Below, in pieces: positions 39,491 to 51,696 of a DNA stretch of 64,000 bases. Position 1 is the first letter of the stretch, and each line of letters opens with the position of its first letter. The notes under the pieces were generated by a model. It did not search any database, was not told where the DNA came from, and was given only the letters and a program-made list of their open reading frames with translations. This DNA is from Octopus bimaculoides. Taxonomy: Eukaryota. A program made the translations under genes and the position numbers. The stretch is taken from assembly GCF_001194135.2 (NCBI RefSeq), contig NC_068984.1, forward strand, positions 1,704,782-1,768,781. The letters are read 5' to 3'.

Positions 39491-40134
39491 AGACAGTCAC
39501 CATAATACATGATCAAGCCATTGACATGATTGTTTACGATTACCATAAAGGATCCACTTTTAATCACAAGTCAGTATTTGGTCAAGAAAAGGAACATTAG
39601 TGCTTTGCAGAAAGAGCATCGAGCATACTTCGAAATGCCAAACTTTTTGATTTCCATTGAGGTCATGCTGTACCCATTAATCGAGCTTTTTCACTTTACC
39701 AATCTTCTGCGGATTGCATGAGACCGTTGCTATACCGACACCAAGTGCCTGAGACATTTCTCTGACATTTTGACGTGAGTTTTGTCCAACAATTGCTTTC
39801 AATTGTTCATTGTCAAGACTGCATAACTGTCCTCTACTTTCTTCATCTTCAAGGCTCTCATCACCACTACGGAGTTTCTGAAACCACCTTCGTACTGTGC
39901 GATCACTCATGGACCCCTCTCCCCATGCTCTGTTGATATTGGCAGCAGTTTGGGAGACGTTGGACCCAAGCTCGAACTCATGCAAGAAAAATAAGTGAAG
40001 GTCTTTTTCTGTCATGTTCATAATTAAGGGCGCCTATGCTTCAAGAATGTTTTCTGTCTGAAATAAGTAGAAAATTATTGAAGAGCATACATTAATTATT
40101 AAGTATGTTGAAATTCACCCAAAATATAATTAAA

Positions 40135-40335
40135 ATTGTGAGAATTTACAAAAAAACAAAAGACAAAGATGGGTGAGTAAACAACAAACAGATGTATTAG
40201 TTTAACACTCGGAAAGTGAGAAAGTCTTTTACGTTTCGAGCCTACGCTCTTCGACAGAAAGGAACACAGAAATAAACAGAGAGAGAAAAATAGAAAAAGG
40301 TTTAGTGGCTAGCGATCTATCATGGCGAATTAAAA
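40135..40335 (-). mobile_element. Penelope-type terminal repeat fragment with a variant hammerhead
   Basis: 40261-40226 reads cuuu-CUGUCGA-a-GAGC(guag)GCUC-GAA-ACGU-A-aaag. Confidence 0.55.
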
Positions 40336-42775
40336 TTATGTTTCAAAACACAACACTTAGAGCGGCCATTATTTTCAGAACAATCAAATAGTAGTAGTGG
40401 TAGTAGTAGTAATGCTGTTTTATCTTAATACGATGTCACCATGTCGTGCACATATGGTTGCAATGTATGTGCCTGGTGTACCCTTATCAGACGAGTAGTC
40501 ATGATGGATGTACTGGGCTTTGTATATTTGTACCCCAGTGTCACTTTGATGGCATATGCTGCTCTCTCACTCAATAGTAATTACGATTTCAAATTCTGGC
40601 ACCAGGCCAGCAGTTTTGGGGGAGGGGATAGGTTGATTACATTGACCCCCATGCTTGACCAGCATGTATTTTATTGACCCCAAAAGGATGGAAGGCAAAA
40701 TTGACCTCAGTAGAATTTAAATCTATAGGGACGAAATGCTGCAATGCATTTTGGTCAGTGTGCCATCTTAATAGTAATGATGGCTTCAAATTCTGGCGAA
40801 ATTTNNNNNNNNNNNNNNNNNNNNNNNNNNNNNNNNNNNNNNNNNNNNNNNNNNNNNNNNNNNNNNNNNNNNNNNNNNNNNNNNNNNNNNNNNNNNNNNN
40901 NNNNNNNNNNNNNNNNNNNNTCCATTGGCCTCCAGTGTGCAACTGGTATTTATTTTGCCAAGTGCACCTGTGCTGGTAGCATGTAAAAAGCAAATCAACT
41001 GTTGAACGTTTGACCTCATGGGGGTAAAATGGCTGAGTACCTTTTGAGCATTGGACCTCATGGAGACAAAGTGGCTGAGTTCCTTTTGAGCGGGTTTCAC
41101 AGAGGTGAGGTGGCTGAGTTCCTTTTGAGGAGGCAAAGTGGTCAAGCTCCTTTCGAGTGTTGGGCCTCACGGAGGCAATGACCAAGACCTTTGGCATTAT
41201 GTCGTGCTTGAGAAGAAGACCCATCAAGCCAAGCAAAATGGCAGTTGTGGCTGATACCAGTGGCACGCTGGTGGCACTCATGATGGTGGAACGTAAAAAC
41301 ACCCATTACACTCTCAGAGTGGTTGGCATTAGGAAGGGCATCGAGCCATAAAAAAACCATGCCAAAACAGAATGGATCCTGGGGCAGCCTTCCAGCTTTC
41401 CAGCCCAGTCAAACTGTCCAACCCATACCAGCAAGGAGAGCGGACGTTAAATGATGATGATGATGACCCTGTAAAGATAAAAGGCAAAGTCAACCATGAT
41501 GAGTTGAGAGAAATACTGCAAAGTATTTTGCCTTTATAATAATAATAATAATAATAATCATAATTATAATAATAATAATAATAATAATAATAATTATAAT
41601 AATAATAATAATTCTTTCTACTATAGGCACAAGGCCTGAAATTTGAGGGGAGGGGGGATAGTCGATCACATCGACCCCAGTGCATAACTGGTACCTATTT
41701 TATTAACCCCGAAAGGATGAAAGGCAAAGTCGGCCTCGGCAGAATTTGAATTCCGAACACAGCAACGGGTGAAATACTGCCAAGCGTTTCGTCCAACATG
41801 CTAACCATTCTGCCAGCTTCATAATAAGAATAATGCTACTGAAACCAATTTTTAAAATAATGCAAGATATTGTCTTTTCAGAAGGATCAAAGCCCCACCA
41901 AATAATTCCAACAATGCTAGACATTCTGGTTAAAACTGACCCTAGGTTAAACGGTCAAATTTTAGTACAGACACAAGGCCAGTAAATGTAGGGGAGGGAG
42001 TCAGTGGATTACATCAATGCCAGCGGAATTTGAAATCCGAACATAAAGATGGATGAAATGCTTAGCAGAATTTCATCTATTTTTATGTTCTAATTTCAGA
42101 TTCTGCTGGCATCCCTCCCCTACATTTATTGGTCTTGGGTCTGTACCAAAATTTGAAACTATTATTATTTTATTGTAGAAAGAATTTCTAAGACAGACAA
42201 GGGAAATAACTCTGAATTCTTAGCTGAATAAACTTGCAGTTTTAGTTTGATTAAACTACCAGCGTTTTCAGAACACAACCTTTGAATGTTGTTCACCTGC
42301 TTTAGCACCTGTGACTGACACCCACTCCCACTCTGTTGTTTCACTCGTCTTTCTCCTAGAATGACCGATGAGACACACATTGTATTTTATATGTATGTGG
42401 TAGAGAAAGTAGAAAATATGAACAGAAAACTCATCTACCGTCAACCCATGTTTAATTTCAATTGAGTTCTTTATTTTGAATATTTGCTATTTTGAGTTAT
42501 GTCGCTTGCTGTGATTAAACTTAAGCAAAGGAAGAAAGGGAGTCTCTATGTGACACGTATTAGCACCGACATAATTATGTGTGAGAAAACATTGACATCC
42601 AGATAAGGTCTCAATAAAAAGAATCAAATTAGAAATCCATTTTGTTTTCTGAATGGAAGTTTCTTCCACTCAAAAGCTGAGTAGAAATATTTGAGTGAAA
42701 GGTTCTTATCTCAACATTCATCCTTTACAAGCATAAAATGTAACGAGATTCTAACGAATGCATGAAATTACTTAC

Positions 42776-42915
42776 ACCACAAGAGTCTTTGCCACCGTTA
42801 ATGTAACCACCACATAACATACCGTTACTGAATCCAAAAGCATATTTTTCACACATTGTAGTGTTCCATATTGGAATTCTGACTTTACGGAGGAATCTCT
42901 GGACATTACCAGCTT
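42776..42915 (-). CDS. S1 serine protease exon 5
   Basis: Acceptor ctctcttag; (E)AGNVQRFLRKVRIPIWNTTMCEKYAFGFSNGMLCGGYINGGKDSCG; donor gtaagt, phase 0; carries Asp189. Confidence 0.95.
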
Positions 42916-43534
42916 CTAAGAGAGAAAAATAAAAATTCATTATATAATTTTATTTTATTTAGCAATAATGATTGATATAAACAAATATAAAGATTAACTT
43001 GAGTGGTCTATCAACATGGTTTCAGGGTCTGCAGCTGATGAAGTTTAATGATGCAGTAACACATGTCATATGGTTTATGATATGATGATGATGCTTTTCA
43101 CATTATCCATAAGGAGAATTCCTCTCCCAAAATAGTTTGGAATCAATGTACACACCTGTATTTTAATCATCCCAGCTTTGTGTGCCCTTAATTAATTCTA
43201 TCTTGACAACACTTTCACAAACCAGCAAATTATTTGCTACTTAAAGAACCAGCCTGGTGGGGGAGGGAGGGCTGTTAGGGACCCCAGCAGGACAGAAACA
43301 ACAATGGTCAAAAGAACTGTCAACACCAGCACCTGTCTTACAATGACGTGTGCACTGAGAAATTCTAGGTTAGTCTCTGGCATTCTGTATGAGTGCTGAT
43401 GGTAGTAAGACATTCTTTAGCGTCTGTTAAAGGATGCCATCTCTAAAAGAAAGCATTACTGTGTTCTTAGCTACACTGGTGTTTGTAGTGGATGGCATGC
43501 CTGGGTTTGGCAACCGAACAGGAAGAAGGGTATC

Positions 43535-44110
43535 ATCATCATCATCGTTTAACGTCCGCTTTCCATGCTAGCATGGGTTGGACGATTTGACTGAGGACTG
43601 GTGAAACCGGATGGCAACACCAGGCTCCAGTCTGATTTGGCAGAGTTTCTACAGCTGGATGCCCTTCCTAACGCCAACCACTCAGAGAGTGTAGTGGGTG
43701 CTTTTACGTGTCACCCGCACGAAAACGGCCACGCTCGAAATGGTGTCTTTTATGTGCCACCCGCACANNNNNNNNNNNNNNNNNNNNNNNNNNNNNNNNN
43801 NNNNNCCAGTCCAGGGGCACTGGCAACGATCTTACTTGGCTTGCCGGGTCTTCTCACACACAGCACATTTCCAAAGTTCTCGGTCCGTAGTCATCGCCTC
43901 GGTGAGGCCCAATGTACGAAGGTCTTGCCTCACCACCTCAGCCCAGGTCTTCCTGGGCCTACCTCTTCCACGGGTTCCCTCAACTGTTAGGGTGTGGCAC
44001 TTTTTCACGCAGCTATCCTCCTCCATTCTCACCACATGTCCATACCAGCGCAATCGTCTCTCTTGCACGCCACAACTGATGCTTCTAATGTTCAGCTTTT
44101 CTCTCGAGAG
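43535..44110 (-). mobile_element. Young RTE 3' end: ORF C-terminus, 3' UTR and (GAT)n tail
   Basis: REKLNIRSISCGVQERRLRWYGHVVRM...CEKTRQAK-stop runs directly into the (GAT)n-tailed repeat, identifying that repeat family as the RTE 3' UTR. Confidence 0.92.
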
Positions 44111-44464
44111 TATGAATGTAGAGGGAGTTAACTCCATCAGTAAATTGGGTTAGAAGAGACCTCTGGGCCCATCGAGTCTCTTCATCCAGAACAAAGGCTC
44201 AAGATGCAAGGAAGGGGTGCCATCTGAGGTCCTTGACTTTCAGCTGCAACAATGAGAAGAGTCATTCATTAACTGTTGTTTCCAGTGTTGAGACATTCCA
44301 CCTTGAGATGCCTACTTGGAACTTGTTGAACTCAGAAGAGAGGCTGTTGGTCGTATTACAGTGCAGCTGACAATCATTGATGTACCAGTTCCTCAGCTCC
44401 TTGTCTGGTATTCTTTGAGCTCAGCCATCCATAGATCCCATCAACATAAACAACAATAACCACC

Positions 44465-44495
<31 letters not shown>

Positions 44496-44538
44496 ACAGG
44501 CAAGTAAATATAATACAACTTGGGTGTTCCCCACTCAC

Positions 44539-44676
44539 CTGCATCTTTTCCCCATCCAGTAACAAAACAGTTGTCAGTGTTTGAGAGGGGAAATTCCATG
44601 ACAGGGAGACACACTGGACTGATGCATTTTGACAGCAGGATTTCTTCTGTCAGAGTTAGAATTGCAATGTCATTGA
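44539..44676 (-). CDS. S1 serine protease exon 4 (catalytic Asp)
   Basis: Acceptor ctgctttcag; (V)NDIAILTLTEEILLSKCISPVCLPVMEFPLSNTDNCFVTGWGKDA; donor gtgagt, phase 1. Confidence 0.95.
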
Positions 44677-45279
44677 CTGAAAGCAGAAGAAATTGAGACA
44701 TTTGTGGTTAACAGAGAGAGAGAGAGAGACAGACAGAAAGGAAGGACTAGGATGCAGACAGACTGAAAGATTCAAGGCACACTGGCAGATAGAAAGGTTC
44801 ATGGAAGACTACTTTCTCAGCTGAACGACACACACAAAAACACATTCAGTTCTGACACATCACCTCCACAGACATTCCCTGTTTCTATTACTAGCAACTC
44901 GTAGCAGTTGTCAACAATTACATGTAGTAAAGAATATTGTATAGCAAAGGCAAATACAAGTACAGTAAATGAATTATTTTAACTATGAATCGATGTCATT
45001 TATTTGTTTACTTCAAAGGCATCCACATACACCTATCGCATTTGTTCACCTTAACACACACTTAACCACTACACATTGATGCTGTCTGAGATACATTTAG
45101 CCGTTCCAGAACTATTTTTTCAAAGTGATTCAGTTTAGCTGGGTTAGAACTTATGTATATTATATATATTGTGCCTACACACACACAGGAACAAAAACTT
45201 CTTGGCAATATTCAGTGGAGTATATTAGTAATTATTTGATGAAACATCTTAATTAACAAACATTTTAATAACACCCTCA

Positions 45280-45560
45280 TTATGTCAAACATTGTACTGC
45301 CACCTGTCACCTCCTGGCTCACTGGACCTTAATCCATTGGACAATCATGTACGGGATGTAGTTGAGAGGGAGGTCAATCAACCTCGCCGCCCACCTCATC
45401 GTACAACTGCTCAAGTCCGGTGTAAATCAGCACTATGTCCAAAATTGATAAAGACATCATCTTGTGTCAACTCTTGCAACACTGCATTGAAGCAGATGTT
45501 GATGCTGACAGCGGATTCATTGAAAATGTGGGATAAAAACGATTCTTAAAATTGGGACAA
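45280..45560 (+). mobile_element. Tc1/mariner transposase C-terminal remnant
   Basis: SPPGSLDLNPLDNHVRDVVEREVN resembles WPPxSPDLNPLD; ends ...ADADSGFIE-like. Confidence 0.6.
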
Positions 45561-45846
45561 ATAACTTGCTTTTAAACACAGTTCTCTTTGATGGACTATA
45601 CATTATTTTCTAAATTCATACAATGTTGCATTCCCTGTCTGTCTGTCTGTCTCTACATACACACACACACATATATATAATTCCAATAATGAGCAAATAA
45701 TTCAGGAGTGAATATTTGCAAAGATATTATTAACTCTATTATTATCTAATGTAATAATTAAAGTAAATTGATAATAACAGAATTAATAATATAGGTGATT
45801 GCAAGCCTCTCAAAAAGCATTAAATAGTTGAAAGATTAAAATTTAC

Positions 45847-46148
45847 ATTAATCAAAGGACATTCTGAGTATATCTGCCTGCTGGAAATAACAGTCAAAAC
45901 TCTTATTTAAACTGCTGAAAAAATAACACTGATAATAACTACAGAAATCAACCATCTGCTATATATTTTCTAGAAAATATATTAGCTGGGTGCTATATGT
46001 TGGTATGTTGAATGATTTTCTTGACCCGTTTGCCTTTGGACGGTTGATTCCTGTAGTTATTATCAGTGTTATTTTTTCAGCAGTTTAAATAAGAGTTTTG
46101 ACTGTTATTTCCAGCAGGCAGATATACTCAGTATGTCCTTTGATTAAT
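45847..46148. mobile_element. Young foldback element: 107-bp arms and an 88-bp spacer
   Basis: 45847-45953 vs revcomp 46042-46148 differ at 2 positions; the spacer holds the perfect 22-bp palindrome atatattttctagaaaatatat. Confidence 0.9.
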
Positions 46149-46154
46149 ATATAT

Positions 46155-46194
<40 letters not shown>

Positions 46195-46204
46195 NNNNNN
46201 NNNN

Positions 46205-46247
<43 letters not shown>

Positions 46248-46866
46248 TTCTGCTGAAACATAATGAACAAGTGTTTTAACTTGCCATGAAATGTTCTAAA
46301 GTGTAGTCTGTTATGTTGCTGTGCGATTTATGAGTGTGTATGTCATCATCATCACCATCATCCGTTTAACGTCCGCTTTTCATGCTGGCATGGGTTGGAC
46401 GGTTTGATTGAGGACTGGTAAGCCATGAAGCTGCACCAGGCTCCAATCTGATCTGGCAAAGTTTCTACAGCTGGATGCCCTTCGAAATGCCAACCACTCT
46501 GAGAGTGTAGTGGGTGCTTTTATGTGCCACTGGCACAAGAGCCAGTCAGGCAGCACTGGCATCAACCACGCTCGAATGGTGCTTTTTATGTGCATTTATA
46601 TACATATATATATATGACAGGTTTGTTTTTTTCAATTTCCATCTACAAGGCTTTGGTATAACTGGAGCAATAGAAGACACTTTCCCAGGGTGCTATGCAG
46701 TATGGCTAAACCCTAAACCATGTGGCTGAGGAGCAAACTTCGCTACCACACACCCACATTTGCACTTTACATTTAATAACACTACAGCCAAGTATTGACA
46801 CTTCTAGAACCTTCTGAGACACAAGGGTAGAGATTATAAAAGGAGAATTGTAACAAAATAACTTAC

Positions 46867-46991
46867 CTATATGATACTGGCAGTCCTTATAGGAGGGGTT
46901 GATTTTCACTTCTGATACATAGACCCTTCTTATAAATTCTTTGTCGTTTGTTCCCAGTGACACAAATATTTCACCTGGTTGTCTGTTCTCT
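46867..46991 (-). CDS. S1 serine protease exon 3
   Basis: Acceptor ttgcctcag; ENRQPGEIFVSLGTNDKEFIRRVYVSEVKINPSYKDCQYHI; donor gtaagt; phases 2/1 join both neighbours in frame. Confidence 0.92.
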
Positions 46992-47959
46992 CTGAGGCAA
47001 ATAAGTTTATTAATAATATTTTATATTAAAATTTTATAAAAATATTTTTATATATTCTGTGAAGTGGCAGAACCATTAGCATGCAGGGAACAAAATATTT
47101 AGTGCCATTCCTTTGGTCTCTATGTCCTGAGTTCAAATTCTATGAAAGCTGACTCCACCTTTCTTCTCAAGGTCGATAAATTAAGTACCAGTTGAGCACT
47201 GGGGTCAATATAATTGACTAGCTCCCTCCCCCAACCTTTCCGGCCTTCGTCCAACCCATGCTAGCATGGAAAGCGGACGTTAAACGATGATGATGATGAT
47301 GATGATGATGTGCCTTTAGTCGAATACATTATTATTATTATGAAGAATTTGTCAAGCTGGCAGAATCCCTACCCCAGCAGACAAGATTCTTAGCAGCATT
47401 TTTGGGGGCTTTTTCTTTTCTAACTTAGGTTTAATGTTGACAATTATGAAAGAAGGGATTTAGTTGATACCATTGACCCCCAACACTTGACTGGAATTTT
47501 ATTTTATGAACCTTTAAAAGGATGAAAGGTGAAGTTGACCATGGCAGGATTTGAACTCGGAATGTAAAGATTCAGAACAAGTAGCACAAACCATTTTGTT
47601 TGGCATTCTAATGATTCGGTTGCTCCACCAATTATTTCTCATATTTGATAATGAATGTTTTCCCCTTTATTAATAATGTTTGCTTCTGGTATAGGCACAA
47701 ATCTGAAATTTGGTGGGAGACCTTAGTTGGTGAAATCAACCCTAGTACTTCATTGTATTGGTACTTAACTGTTATTGTACTTTATTTTACTAACCCTGAA
47801 GAAATGAAAGGCAAAAAACAATTTGGATGGAGTGTGTATTTGGCTATTTGTTTCTGTCAAAGACAAATGATAGAAGAGGAAGACTATTTCATCATTTTTT
47901 CTGAAGAAAAAGATGGTAGGTAGTCAAGGGAAGCTAGGGGATAGGTTTATTTAGTCAGA

Positions 47960-48860
47960 GGGGAAGCAGATAAGAAAAAAATCTGCCAATGTTCTGTGCC
48001 GTGAGGACCAAAGACTTGAAGTGTTTTGTGTTGCAAGACAGTGTGTGAGAGAGAATCATGATGTCATAGGAGAGAAATGTGTTTGCATGGATGATGGTAC
48101 GCTTGCACTAAACGAGGCTGCAAAGAAAGAGGTCTGGAGATGCCACTACAATAGATTGCTTAATAAAGGGAATGAATGGGAGAAAGAAAGTCTGCCACAT
48201 GTCGACCCAACAGAGGGACCAGCTATCCAAATTGACAGTACCTTGGTAGTTAAAGCAATTAAGAGCATGAAGACAGGGAAAGCCCCCGGCCCATCAGGAA
48301 TCACTGCAGAGATGCTCAAAATATCTGGCAGTGTTGGCTATAGCCTAGTCACCCATATAGTTAACCAGGTGATACGCGAAGGAGTCATACTCAATGACTG
48401 GTGTAGTAGCACTATATTCAACTGCTACAAAGGTAAAGGTGATGCATTAGATATGAATAATTACAGAGGTATCAAGTTGTTGGATCAGGTAATGAAGGTC
48501 ATGGAGAGGGTCATAGTCCAAACAATTAGGGAGAGAGTCAGTCTAGATGAGATGCAGTTTGGGTTTGTGCCAGGAAAAGCACCACCAATGCTTTATTTCT
48601 GGTGGCATGTATAAAGCACCATTCAAGTGTGGTCAATGCCAGTACTGCCTGACTAGCTCTCGTGCCAGTGACACATAAAAAGCACCGACTACAATCTCGG
48701 AGTGGTTGGCATTAGGAAGGGCATCCAACTGTAGAAACTTTGCCAGATGGCATTGGAGCCTGGTGCAGCTTTCTGGCTTGCCAGTCCTCATTCAAACCAT
48801 CCAACCCATGCCAGCATGGAAAGCGGACGTTAAATGATGACAACGATGATGATGATGATG
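47960..48860 (+). mobile_element. Internally deleted RTE: N-terminal RT region fused to the 3' UTR and (GAT)n tail
   Basis: KAPGPSGITAEMLK...NYRGIKLLDQVMKV...EMQFGFVPGK, then an abrupt switch to the 3' UTR near 48590. Confidence 0.88.
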
Positions 48861-49791
48861 ACTAGCTTGCAAGTATCTCTACTATAATCAGCTAAGATGA
48901 TCGTTAAGAGTTACATATTTAGCAAAAAAGCATAAATTTTAATCAATAATGTATCATAATTATGTAATTATACATTCAATGAATTTTGTCTTAATGAAAC
49001 GGTTGCTGAACAGAAAGTATGAAACATATGAGGCCAGATCAAAGATTATCAGGACAGGTATTTAGAAGAACAGCATAGCTTAACAGTATATACAAGTATT
49101 CCTGATTGCTTCTTATCAAATAAACATTCCAGGCTGATTGGATCGGGCAGTTACTATTGCAAATAACGCAGATCTTGTTGGATGAAAGCAATGGACAGTG
49201 ATGGGAAAATATGTAAACAATGAGGTGAGTGAAAATTGAATTAAAATTAAAAACTGGACAGAGTGAATTGTTTGTATTTGTAGAAACAAGTCATAAAAAT
49301 ACAGAGAATGAGAAAGACATCAAAAATAAAACGTGGCAAGTGATTAAAAATTAAATTTGAAAGGAAAATTAATAGGCAAGGCTGTGTGGTAAGAAGTTTG
49401 TTTCCCAACTACATGGTTCCAGGTTCAGTTCCACTGTGTGCCACCTTGGGCAAGTGTCTTCTACTATAGTCTTGCACTGACCAAAGCCTTGTATGTATCC
49501 TTCCAAGAAAAATGTTAACCTTACTTCTATAAGCTCACAATAACCCTGAAGAACTTCTGCCCCATACAGTTAGAAATGATGCCATTCTTAGCATAGAACC
49601 AAATGCTTAGACTTGCACATCAACTAGGGGAGGGAACTGAAACATATATGTAGGCTTTTTTCACATCTCCCATTTTCTTTTTCAGCTTTATAACTTATAA
49701 TTTATTTGTATTGTTATTTTTTTTTAAATTTCAACACCTTTATATAAATTTCAGGCCTTGTGCCCTCAGTAGAAAGGGTTATTATTATTAA

Positions 49792-49922
49792 TAATAATCA
49801 GCAGAAGTTACAGAGTGGCTCAAGTGCCAAGAGTTTTATGCATTGGCATTTACCATTTTGTTAAGTGCCAATACACAAAACTCTTGGCTCTTGAGCCACT
49901 CTGTAACTTCTGCTGATTATTA
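49792..49922. repeat. Near-perfect hairpin: 61-bp arms, 9-nt loop
   Basis: 49792-49852 vs revcomp 49862-49922 differ at 4 positions; loop ccattttgt. Confidence 0.9.
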
Positions 49923-49972
49923 ATAAAAAACATATGCACACACACACACATAAAGTGTTTTAATTTACTTAC

Positions 49973-50156
49973 ATACAATGGGCAGCTGTAATTATATGTC
50001 GGTTATCAATTAAAGATCCTCCACATATTTGATTCCTACTTTTGATAAAAGCCATCCATGGAAATTCACAGTCTTCTGCTTCTCTTCCTCCAATTATGTA
50101 CGTCATAATGTTGGGTGAGAAATTTGGACTTTCTCTTCTGATTCCACATATTTTGT
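49973..50156 (-). CDS. S1 serine protease exon 2 (activation site, catalytic His)
   Basis: Acceptor ttcaacag; KICGIRRESPNFSPNIMTY-IIGGREAEDCEFPWMAFIKSRNQICGGSLIDNRHIITAAHC; donor gtaagt, phase 2. Confidence 0.95.
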
Positions 50157-51322
50157 CTGTTGAAGTATAAAGATTTCAAATGAGTTGTCTTTGTTAGATT
50201 CAAGGTGATCTAAATTTATTGAACTGGTGTTGTTAATCTCAAAGTGAACAGAGAAAAAAAAGGAAGAGAACAGAAGTATTGAATGTATAAAAACAAAGAT
50301 TGGAAAACAAAGATTGGCTAAAGATGAGTTCTTGTAACTCTCAAAGAAGGATAGAAAAATAAAATATAACATAAATCAGTGAGGAACATTTCGTGCCAAT
50401 TCTTCAATATGACAATCAAAGGTTTTTAAGCAACTTTCAATGAATTATTTCTGTTATAAAAAATATCCCTGTGGAAAGAATGGTTGTTTTATAATCCCAG
50501 CCGCTAGCAAAAAGGACTTTTAACTCTTGCAGAAATCAGAAACCAAGGATATATTGGTTTGGGATTTTGGAATACTACTCACAAATCCACTCAGCATTAA
50601 ATTAGTGTTAGTACAAGATATAGACATAGCTTCTTAGAGGCAGGCATGGCTAGAGGGACACTTTCCTTTCAACAATTGCCTTCCTGCTCCCAACCTCACC
50701 ATTGGTCATGGTGTGCTAAACATCGGGAGATAATGTAGAGCAGCGAGGGAACCCTTCTGTCTTGTAGGGTACAAAGCCACATTAGTACTGCTAGGACAAA
50801 ATACCACCAGTACATTCTTTAGAATAATGCCAAATGAGCAGAAATATCCTGAGGTTATGAAGACTTCAATTTTGATAAATCTTTCAAATGTTGGTGCCCA
50901 TGAAAGAAGCATGCAATAAACTCTGTGTAGTGGATGATGTTGGGAAGGGCATCCAGCTATAGAAACCATGTGAGGCATGGTTTGTTGGTCCAACTGGGAG
51001 GGCACTAATTCTGAATAACAACTGACCTGGTCTGTAACAAGTCACCTAACCCATACTTGCCTGGGAATTGGAAGTGAAAATTATGATGGTGATGATATGT
51101 AAATGATGACTTACTAATTGGGTTGCCACACCTACATGCATAACTAATGGCAGTGAAGGAGTTGTAGAAACATAAATAATAGAACTGGTGTTCAGTCTGG
51201 TAAATTCTGTAGAAGTGTTCAGTCAGTTGTTTCACAACTGGACAACTTATGGAATCAAAGGCACAGCAATCTGAAAAAGAGAAAAAAAAATTCTTGTATA
51301 CACAAATAATGCATCATTTTGC

Positions 51323-51353
<31 letters not shown>

Positions 51354-51527
51354 TTCACTTTTTCTTATTTGTGAATGTGTGGTTGAGAAGCTTGCTTTGT
51401 AAGCATATGGTTTCAGGTTCTGTCCCACTCCATGCCACCTTGGATAAGAACCTTCTGCTTTCGTCCTGGGTCAACCAAAGCCTTGTGAGTGGATTTGGTA
51501 GATGGAAATTGAAAGAAGCCCATCATG

Positions 51528-51591
<64 letters not shown>

Positions 51592-51626
51592 NNNNNNNNN
51601 NTGGAAATTGAAAGAAGCCCATCATG

Positions 51627-51696
<70 letters not shown>

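Larger units (their letters stand above)
38186..40388 (-). mobile_element. Mariner (DD34D) transposon, decayed, containing an internal minisatellite and a nested Penelope piece
   Basis: TIRs ttaggttgttctgaaattaatggccg / cggccattattttcagaacaatcaaa, TA-flanked within a (TAG)n tract. HTH region AANINRAWGEGSMSDRTVRRWFQKLRSG; TCD motif; HSPYSPDRSPTDYHFF. Confidence 0.9.

Noticed and set aside
38411-39567. Stack of 100-230-aa Cys/His-rich ORFs on both strands
   Set aside because: Products of the stop-poor 38-bp minisatellite; no splice or start context
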